DNA from: Eubacteriales bacterium
GTDB taxonomy: Bacteria > Bacillota > Clostridia > Lachnospirales > Lachnospiraceae
DNA: 64,000 nucleotides
NCBI GenBank assembly: GCA_050874845.1
Contig: JBNMLM010000001.1
Span: forward strand, 987 to 64,986
Reading direction: 5' to 3'
Position numbers and translations under genes: made by a program. Below are positions 57,188 to 64,000 of this stretch, piece after piece (position 1 is the first letter of the stretch; the number at the start of each line of letters is the position of its first letter). The notes under the pieces are model-generated. The model was given only the letters and a program-made list of their open reading frames with translations. It made no database searches and was not told the origin of the DNA.

Positions 57188-59164
57188 ATGAGAAGAGGTT
57201 CGGGCAGATTGGTTCGGTGTGTTCTATTGCCGCTCATGGTGGCGGGGCTGATTGCCGGATGTGCCGGAAATAAGGATAAATCCGCTGATGGTGAAAATGG
57301 AACATCGTCAGGAGGGACAGGAGTTGTGTGCTCTAAGACGGAGAATGACATCACAGTGGAGCTGTCGACGGATAAGGAGGAATATAAAGCCGGAGAGGAT
57401 ATCAAGTACACCCTTACCGTGAAAAATGACAGGGACGGATATACGGTGAGCAGGGTGTATGCGACATCGAGCAATGACGATAAGCTTGCCCAGGCGGAGG
57501 CTCCTTCATTCAACGGTGCGATAAAGTATGGCGAGAGCAGCTCCTACGAGGGCGTATTATCTGAGGCTTCCAAGGTTGAGAATCCTGCCGAGGTTACCAA
57601 GGAGAGGATAAGCGGCTCTGTTGAGACTGTAACTTTAAGACCTTATGTCTATGTAAAATATGGTGGTGAGGAGGTTACCGTAAGGTACATTGTGGATGTC
57701 ATTATGTTTCAGAATCATGTCGAATTTTCAAAGGATGAGTTAAAGTCAATAAAGACTGTAAGCTGCCATGACCCTTCCATAATAGTCGGCGAGGATAAGG
57801 AAGGAAAGAAGTGCTACTACATTTTCGGTTCGCACAGGGCATGGGCAAAATCGTATGATCTTGAGAACTGGGAGAGCTTCACCAACAATCTTTCAACCAA
57901 CTACAGGGAGATATTAAAGGAGCCGGCAGCGTGGTCGGCACATGGAAGTGACAACTATCAGGTCGACGGATATATGTGGGCACCTGATGTTGTGTACAAC
58001 GATAAGCTTGGCAAGTGGTGCATGTACCTTTCGGTTGACGGAGACAAGTGGTATTCCTCAATCGTCCTCCTCACAGCGGACACACTTGAGGGAGACTGGG
58101 AGTATCAGGGCATAGTAGTGTACTCAGGCTTCTATAATGAGGAATACTACGATGAGACGGATGTCGCAAAGGTGACCGGTGAAACCGAGCTTGCGGACAG
58201 ATACAAGAGAACATGGGGAGACTATTACCCTAATAATATTGATGCCTGCGTTTTCTACGATGACGACGGAAATCTCTGGATGAGCTACGGCTCATGGAGC
58301 GGCGGAATCTTTATGCTTGAGCTTGACGAGGAGACAGGCTTCAGGGATTACAGTGTAACATACGAGGATGGCATTCATTCCGACCCTTACTTTGGCAAAA
58401 AGATTGCCGGAGGAAAATATGTGACCGGTGAGGCCTCATATATCCAGAAGATAGGCGATTACTACTGGCTGTTCATGTCCTACGGTGAGCTTGTCGCAAA
58501 GGGCGGCTACAATGTGAGAGTGTACAGAAGCAAGACACCTGATGGCGAGTATCTTGATGAGAACGGCAGAAATCCGTTCTACGATACCTACATACTCAAT
58601 ACAAACGATTCAGCCGGAATCAGACTTTTCGGCGGCTACAAGTGGAGAAGCTTCTCACAGGGACAGGTTGCGCAGGGACACAACAGTGCCTTTGTCGATG
58701 ATGACGGAAGGGCATATATAGTATTCCACACCAGAACAACCAGCGGAAACGAAGGCCACTATGTTAAGGTGCACCAGCTCTTTTTGAACAAGAACGGATG
58801 GCTGGTGGCTGCACCATATCAGACCGCAGGAGAGAAGCTTGATGAGAACGGTTTTTCAGCAGACGAGATTGCGGGCAAGTATGACGTGATTCTCCATGAG
58901 CTTGACATCGACTACAAGAATTTAGGTCTGAACACGCCACAGACAATAACACTTGGCGCTGATGGAACGGTCACAGGTGCATTCATCGGAACATGGAGCT
59001 GCGACAATGGCACAGCCTACATCGACCTTACACTTGACGGAGAGACCTACAGTGGTGTAATTTTAAAGATGGATATAGAGGGCACGAATGTGGAGACGAT
59101 CGTGTTCACAGCGCTTGGCAGCACGAACCAGCTCACGCTGTGGGGAAGCAAGGCGGTTGATTAA
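57188..59164 (+). CDS. GH43 lipoprotein (endo-arabinanase-like) with N-terminal Ig-like and C-terminal beta-sandwich domains
   Basis: Lipobox IAGC and GH43 blocks CHDPSII, MWAPDVVY and GHNSAF. Confidence 0.85.
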   Translation: MRRGSGRLVRCVLLPLMVAGLIAGCAGNKDKSADGENGTSSGGTGVVCSKTENDITVELSTDKEEYKAGEDIKYTLTVKNDRDGYTVSRVYATSSNDDKLAQAEAPSFNGAIKYGESSSYEGVLSEASKVENPAEVTKERISGSVETVTLRPYVYVKYGGEEVTVRYIVDVIMFQNHVEFSKDELKSIKTVSCHDPSIIVGEDKEGKKCYYIFGSHRAWAKSYDLENWESFTNNLSTNYREILKEPAAWSAHGSDNYQVDGYMWAPDVVYNDKLGKWCMYLSVDGDKWYSSIVLLTADTLEGDWEYQGIVVYSGFYNEEYYDETDVAKVTGETELADRYKRTWGDYYPNNIDACVFYDDDGNLWMSYGSWSGGIFMLELDEETGFRDYSVTYEDGIHSDPYFGKKIAGGKYVTGEASYIQKIGDYYWLFMSYGELVAKGGYNVRVYRSKTPDGEYLDENGRNPFYDTYILNTNDSAGIRLFGGYKWRSFSQGQVAQGHNSAFVDDDGRAYIVFHTRTTSGNEGHYVKVHQLFLNKNGWLVAAPYQTAGEKLDENGFSADEIAGKYDVILHELDIDYKNLGLNTPQTITLGADGTVTGAFIGTWSCDNGTAYIDLTLDGETYSGVILKMDIEGTNVETIVFTALGSTNQLTLWGSKAVD

Positions 59165-59210
59165 AGCTAAGCTGATAGAATATGAACTGAAATGAGGTTA
59201 AGGACAGGAC

Positions 59211-59534
59211 ATGGAAAAAGACTTATCAAAGATGTACAAGGATAAAAAGCAGGAGAGCGTGAACAACCTTAAGGATATCAGCGCAGAGTACCCGCAAAAG
59301 CCGTTCACGGCTCAGGATGTGGTCATGGATGTAATTATGCTGTTCGTGACCACGGCGCTTGCGTTTGGCTGGATGCTCATAATGCTTCTTATATTCAGCT
59401 TTGTGACCCTGTCCTACGTTCATATTGAGATCGGCACAATGCTTATCATATCCACGGTGTTCGCGGCGGTTATCTTCGTGGTGTATATCGTGAAGAAGGG
59501 GCTTAAGTATAGGAAGCTGATGGGGATAAAGTGA
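59211..59534 (+). CDS. Small membrane protein (2-3 TM), unknown function
   Basis: Hydrophobic core (VIMLFVTTALAFGWMLIMLLIF..., MLIISTVFAAVIFVVYIV). There is no homology I can name. Confidence 0.45.
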   Translation: MEKDLSKMYKDKKQESVNNLKDISAEYPQKPFTAQDVVMDVIMLFVTTALAFGWMLIMLLIFSFVTLSYVHIEIGTMLIISTVFAAVIFVVYIVKKGLKYRKLMGIK

Positions 59535-59564
59535 GTAAATAATTTTATTTTTTGATGTTCATAG

Positions 59565-59606
59565 AAGGCATTTCGACAATTAAAGCTTGTCGAAATGCCT
59601 TTTTTG
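59565..59606 (+). terminator. Rho-independent terminator
   Basis: A 14-bp stem AAGGCATTTCGACA/TGTCGAAATGCCTT followed by T5. Confidence 0.75.
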
Positions 59607-59660
59607 ATACTTTACACGCCGTTACACCTATTTTACAAAGAAAATACGCTTTGCAGATAG

Positions 59661-60068
59661 TCTGTTGCAGGGGAAAACGGTAAGGTTATTCCGGCTCACT
59701 TGTATCCTTATGCGGAATATGATAAGATGAGCGCAAGTTTGATGAATCAGGATGCTTCATGGGAGTACATGAAGTTTATGACTTCACTTGATGAAACTGT
59801 TGAGGCAAGTATCGTGACAGGTTATCTGGCTACCAGAAAGAGTGCCATGGATGATGCTAAGATGGTGGCATGGTATGAGAAGTATCCACAGTACAAGGTT
59901 GCGCTTGACCAGCTTGAGGTAGCCTCAGGACGACCTAATAATCCGGGCTATGTGGAGTTTCAGGTTGAGCTGACCAACGCCATGGCAGAGATGATGGTAA
60001 ATGATGCGGATGTCGATTCTACATTAAAAGAATTAGAAGCGAAAGGAAATGAATTGTTAAATGAGTAA
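59661..60068 (+). pseudogene. 5'-truncated remnant of a UgpB-like ABC solute-binding protein gene (C-terminal ~120-135 aa only)
   Basis: ASWEYMKFMTSLDETVEASIVTGYLATRKSA...LKELEAKGNELL aligns to the C-terminal third of UgpB-type SBPs. There is no signal peptide, N-domain or RBS, and the frame opens right after a stop at 59658-59660. Confidence 0.7.
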
Positions 60069-60876
60069 GGTTAAAATTATGGCGCACAGAGGTGCCTCAC
60101 ATCACGCCCCGGAGAACACCGCGGCAGCCTTTAAAAAGGCGTATGATTTCAATGTCGACGGTATTGAGACTGATTTACAGCTTACAAAGGATGGAGAGAT
60201 TGTTATTCATCACAACTATTATATCGATGACACCTCAGATGGCAGAGGTGCAATCCTCACAAAGACCTTGGAGGAGCTTAAGCAGTATGACTTTGGCAAT
60301 GGGGAGAAGATATTGACCCTGTCGGAGCTTCTGCCGATATTAGATGGAATGGACATAATCAATCTTGAGTTGAAGTCCCCGCTTGACAAGGAGGCTGATT
60401 ATGTCGGGAAGGTGCTGGATATCGTATCTAAGAGCGGCATGGAGGACAAAATAATATATTCTTCATTTGACGAGAGACTGCTTGGCGAAATGAAGAAAAG
60501 AAATCCTAAGTGCAGGGTCGGACTGCTCACCTCCTATGAGAAAACACAGCCATTCCAGAGAGAATTTGCAGCATATTTTGCCAGCAGGTATCCTGTTTGT
60601 GACTTGGCAGGCCTTTTAAATGACGCAGGAAAGAGCCGGTCCCTTACAGAGCTTGTGGACAGTCTTGAATATGTCCCGGACTATCTCCATCCTGATTACA
60701 AGAGTGTGCTTGAGAATCCTGCCCTTGTAGCCAAGATGCACGAGAGAGGTATCGGTGTCAATCCTTACACCTGCGACAAGCCGGATGACATGAGAAGGCT
60801 TGTGGAAGCAGGGTGCGATGGTATTATCACCAACAGACCTGATGTGGCAATGGAACTTACTCAGAAAAGAGGATAA
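60061..60876 (+). CDS. Glycerophosphodiester phosphodiesterase
   Basis: GDPD motifs AHRGAS..APENT, E.D and IHHN. Confidence 0.85.
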   Translation: MSKVKIMAHRGASHHAPENTAAAFKKAYDFNVDGIETDLQLTKDGEIVIHHNYYIDDTSDGRGAILTKTLEELKQYDFGNGEKILTLSELLPILDGMDIINLELKSPLDKEADYVGKVLDIVSKSGMEDKIIYSSFDERLLGEMKKRNPKCRVGLLTSYEKTQPFQREFAAYFASRYPVCDLAGLLNDAGKSRSLTELVDSLEYVPDYLHPDYKSVLENPALVAKMHERGIGVNPYTCDKPDDMRRLVEAGCDGIITNRPDVAMELTQKRG

Positions 60877-60878
60877 AA

Positions 60879-61682
60879 ATGGCTTTTTTAAATGTAGACT
60901 GTTTTTCACAGGTGCTCAGCATGAGCGTGAATATGAGCGTGATTCTGCCCCAGAGACTTGATATACCTAATTCGGTGAACGGAGGAAGCTTTACTCCTCC
61001 GTACCCGGTTCTCTATCTTCTGCATGGCTATAATGGGGATCACACTGTCTGGGCAAGAAGGACGTCCGTGGAGCGATATGCCGCCGATAAAGGAATTGCC
61101 ATTGTAATGCCTGCGGCGCATTTAAGCTTCTATGCGGATATGAAGCTGGGCTTCAAATACTGGACATTTATCTCACAGGAGCTGCCTAAGATATGCCATG
61201 ACCTGTTCCCGCAGCTTAGCGAAGCCCCGGAAAAGACATTTGCAGCAGGCTTGTCAATGGGAGGCTATGGCGCTTTCAAGCTGGGTCTTGCTTTGCCTGA
61301 AAGCTTCAGGGCAGTGGCTTCACTGTCCGGAGCAGTGGATGTTGCGGCACTTATGGACAGGATGAAAAATCAGAATCCGGAAGGCTTAAGCGGCTTTGAG
61401 TATATCTACGGCGATTCACCTATTGCCGGCTCCGACAACGACCTTTTTGCGCTTGCCGACAGGGCAAAGGTGGAGGGAAAGAAGCTGCCGAAGCTGTACC
61501 AGTGGTGCGGAAAACAGGATTTCCTGTATGAGGATAATATAAGACTTCGCGATTATCTGCAAAAAATGGGGGCAGACATCACTTATGAGGAAGCCGATGG
61601 CGACCACCAGTGGAAATACTGGGACAGCGGCATTGAGAGAGTTCTTGGCTGGATACAGGGGATACTTGAGGGGGATAAGTGA
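60879..61682 (+). CDS. Esterase-D/tributyrin-esterase-family serine hydrolase
   Basis: Nucleophile elbow GLSMGGYGA and a C-terminal DGDHQW. Confidence 0.8.
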   Translation: MAFLNVDCFSQVLSMSVNMSVILPQRLDIPNSVNGGSFTPPYPVLYLLHGYNGDHTVWARRTSVERYAADKGIAIVMPAAHLSFYADMKLGFKYWTFISQELPKICHDLFPQLSEAPEKTFAAGLSMGGYGAFKLGLALPESFRAVASLSGAVDVAALMDRMKNQNPEGLSGFEYIYGDSPIAGSDNDLFALADRAKVEGKKLPKLYQWCGKQDFLYEDNIRLRDYLQKMGADITYEEADGDHQWKYWDSGIERVLGWIQGILEGDK

Positions 61683-61718
61683 CAGATTTGCAATAAGATA
61701 ATAGGATAGGTTATTAGG

Positions 61719-61770
61719 AAGGTGTATATACAGAGGATGATTGATGTTTTGGAATCTGTATATACACCTT
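61719..61770. terminator. Bidirectional terminator between the esterase and methyltransferase genes
   Basis: A 15-bp stem AAGGTGTATATACAG/CTGTATATACACCTT. Confidence 0.65.
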
Positions 61771-61835
61771 AAATTGTGTAATCAATTATGGTGCGTTTGA
61801 TTATGATGTAACAAATATGGTACATTCGTATTCCT

Positions 61836-63986
61836 TTAATCTATCGCACTTTTAATTATGGCTATCTCAGTATCGTTAAGTCCGAATAAATTCATTATAA
61901 TTCTATCAAGCTCCTCATAAGCTTCCTCAGCCTCCGGAATACTCAGACCGGCAATCAATTTATCTGTAATGCTTATAACTCTGTTGTAGATGTCATCATC
62001 CGCCGGCGGAATAGGGATGCTTTCAATATGTGTCCGCAGCACTTTTATTGAATTAAATTCCTTTTTATAAATAAACTGCGCAACCCTTGAATTGAGAATT
62101 GCAAGCACATATTTGATTGGAACTGCCGGTATCCTTGGAATGACAATGTTGCAGCTGTTAAGCGAAAGGGTCTGCCCGTCATCGTATGCGAATATGAGCC
62201 GGCTGCTGATAAAACGGTAGAGCAGCTTTTCAGGGGCGCGGTACATCTGTAATGGTGCGACCTGCTGAAAACATTCCGACTTGAAGGTGATGTAACTACC
62301 GGATGGATTTATGTGGTAGCTGCTTATGTCTGAGCCCTTTAAAACCATCTCATTTGAGGCCGTTTTTGTGTCGGAAATGTATTTTTTGTTATCCCCGGTG
62401 ACAATTCCAAGTGCAAAATCAGCGTTTCCACGAAGAAATGCTGTGTTTTTTGTGCCTTTTATTTTTCGGAGAATATTAAATTGTTCATCCGTTGTGGTGA
62501 AACTAAAACATTCGGGTGTTATGTCGCGTTCGGTTCTAATTGTAAATTCGTTTCCATCAGCGTTTACGGTCATGCCGTAGGTTGTAAGCCTTGAGTGTGT
62601 AAATTCCATGTCTAAAATTATGCACGGGCATTGCACTCCGTCAAACACATTCCCGAGGAAATCGAGATGTCTGATTGAGGCGGTCCGCAATATAACCTTG
62701 CGGATTTCGGTATGTGCCTTGACATTGAGCAGTGCTTCCGGAAGGACAAAGGCAAGATGACCGCCATCCGCAAGCTGTGTAAGTGCCTGCTCAATAAAAA
62801 CATCATAGGATTCTATATTTCTGCCGGAAGCTGATCTGAATAACTTCCTAAGCTCCTTTTTTTCTTCATCCGAAAAATCACAGCCCCAAGGGGGATTTCC
62901 TATTATGTAATTAAATTTATTGGTATTATCGCCATCATATCCTATAAGATAATCTGATTGGGTGATATGTTGGCGTATGGTTGGTACGTTCGCGTCGAAT
63001 CGGAGCGCCATATTAAGCCGGGTTATCTTTACACTGATTTCATCTAAATCATTGCCGTATATTGAACTGAACTGGACATCGTTGGGCAACTGCAAAAGAA
63101 AGCTGCCGGTTCCGCATGCAGGGTCAAGGACACGGTCATTCGGCTTGAGGTCAAGCCTGCCGATAAGCCTTTTCACAATTGTGGTAGGTGTGTAATATGA
63201 GCCGGCGGTCTTTCTGTTCCCGATATTTTTGCAGGAAATATAGAGAAGCCCAAGTATGTCCTCAGCTTTTTCATAAATGTATTGAAAATTGAAGAGCCGG
63301 GGGTGGGCGTGGCAAAATGCGGTTATTTCTGAGGCTGTTATTCCGGCTTCCGTTATCATTACTTCTACTAGGGATGGTGTATTATCCAGTGGAGTTGTGT
63401 TGCTGCTGGTTGAAGCTATATTATTATTCATTGAGCCAGCGTTGTTGTGCGCTGCCTCATACAGTAGCAGCTCATTTATAAGCTCGTCATACTCCCCAAA
63501 AGACAATTTCTGTTGCAGAAATAGCAGCAAAAGGTTCTCATTTTCTCTGAAATGAAGCCCGTTTTTATCGGCAAAAAGGTGCAGGGCACAGTCCGCGATA
63601 AGGAGTCTGATTGTTGAGGACTTCAATTCAATATCATTTTCAGATATCACAGCCAGCAATTCCCGTAGAATCGGGAGGTTGCGGCTCTGCTCTGAGACAT
63701 AGGAGCTGTAAAGTGCATTGCCGGAAACAAATTTCTTGTTTCTTCTGCTTTTCAGTGCAGTATTTTCACCCGATTGAAGTTCTCTTTTTAATTGCTCCAT
63801 ATATTCTGCAGAAAAATAGGGTGTATTTTTCTCAAAATACTGAGGAGTTATTTTTCCGAGCTTAATCCAATTTCTGCCGGTGGCGGGTGAGATGGAAAGA
63901 TTGGTGCAGAGGGCTTTTAATGAAATAGGGGTGTGGCAGTTGTTGTTGTGTCCGGATTGAGGCATGTCCTTGCGGTGTTGTGTCAT
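61836..63986 (-). CDS. N6-adenine DNA methyltransferase (gamma class, Eco57I/TaqI-like) with an N-terminal HTH and a TaqI_C-like target-recognition domain
   Basis: Motif I LDPACGTGSFLL, motif IV IIGNPPWG, a C-terminal TRD (GIVTGDNKKY, LAILNS) and an N-terminal HTH (LCTNLSISPATGRNWIKLG). Confidence 0.85.
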   Translation of the reverse strand: MTQHRKDMPQSGHNNNCHTPISLKALCTNLSISPATGRNWIKLGKITPQYFEKNTPYFSAEYMEQLKRELQSGENTALKSRRNKKFVSGNALYSSYVSEQSRNLPILRELLAVISENDIELKSSTIRLLIADCALHLFADKNGLHFRENENLLLLFLQQKLSFGEYDELINELLLYEAAHNNAGSMNNNIASTSSNTTPLDNTPSLVEVMITEAGITASEITAFCHAHPRLFNFQYIYEKAEDILGLLYISCKNIGNRKTAGSYYTPTTIVKRLIGRLDLKPNDRVLDPACGTGSFLLQLPNDVQFSSIYGNDLDEISVKITRLNMALRFDANVPTIRQHITQSDYLIGYDGDNTNKFNYIIGNPPWGCDFSDEEKKELRKLFRSASGRNIESYDVFIEQALTQLADGGHLAFVLPEALLNVKAHTEIRKVILRTASIRHLDFLGNVFDGVQCPCIILDMEFTHSRLTTYGMTVNADGNEFTIRTERDITPECFSFTTTDEQFNILRKIKGTKNTAFLRGNADFALGIVTGDNKKYISDTKTASNEMVLKGSDISSYHINPSGSYITFKSECFQQVAPLQMYRAPEKLLYRFISSRLIFAYDDGQTLSLNSCNIVIPRIPAVPIKYVLAILNSRVAQFIYKKEFNSIKVLRTHIESIPIPPADDDIYNRVISITDKLIAGLSIPEAEEAYEELDRIIMNLFGLNDTEIAIIKSAID

Positions 63987-64000
63987 AGGTTCGGAAGGTG

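Noticed and set aside
1-64000. CRISPR arrays, rRNA genes and prophage structural genes.
   Set aside because: No regularly spaced short direct repeats, no rRNA-like sequence and no capsid/tail/terminase-like ORFs were found anywhere in the window.

Overview
This is a 64-kb window from a mid/low-GC Firmicutes chromosome. Gene content looks Lachnospiraceae/Clostridiales-like, but the taxon is inference only.

Layout:
- (1) 1 to ~12.9 kb is the right-hand end of an integrative conjugative/mobilizable element. It carries a MOB relaxase, XRE/HTH regulators, and a cargo module of OmpR-type response regulator + histidine kinase + Bce/MacB-like ABC exporter with recognisable BceR-type operator boxes. 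It also carries a metallophosphoesterase, a sigma-like gene behind a structured leader, an excisionase-like HTH and two tandem paralogous tyrosine integrases.
- (2) 13-14.3 kb is an AT-rich islet with a HARE-HTH/nuclease-like gene and an MIF-type tautomerase.
- (3) 14.7-38 kb is a chromosomal block: AraC + GH2, ddh, three GGDEF cyclases, pepF, nth, MATE, pyk, an FtsX-type ABC exporter and a HelD-like helicase.
- (4) 38-59 kb is an arabinan/arabino-oligosaccharide locus: ArsR-like regulator, GH51, two CUT1 ABC importers without an ATPase, an NHL-TPR-Yip1 membrane protein, a large secreted unknown, a LamG/repeat lipoprotein and two GH43.
- (5) 59.6-64 kb holds a 5'-truncated SBP remnant, a glycerophosphodiesterase, an esterase and an N6-adenine methyltransferase at the window edge.

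Most unusual observations:
- A ~295-bp nested-palindrome intergenic element is present in three full copies plus one mini copy. Both arms of its stems carry matching (compensatory) changes, and it sits in a consistent orientation upstream of two GGDEF genes and the tautomerase.
- The HelD ORF runs in frame into a GH31 N-domain fragment and ends inside a terminator hairpin.
- A ~60-nt motif is shared by two unrelated 5' regions.
- An uncharacterised Yip1/secreted-protein pair is embedded between two sugar importers.

No rRNA, tRNA or CRISPR array was seen.
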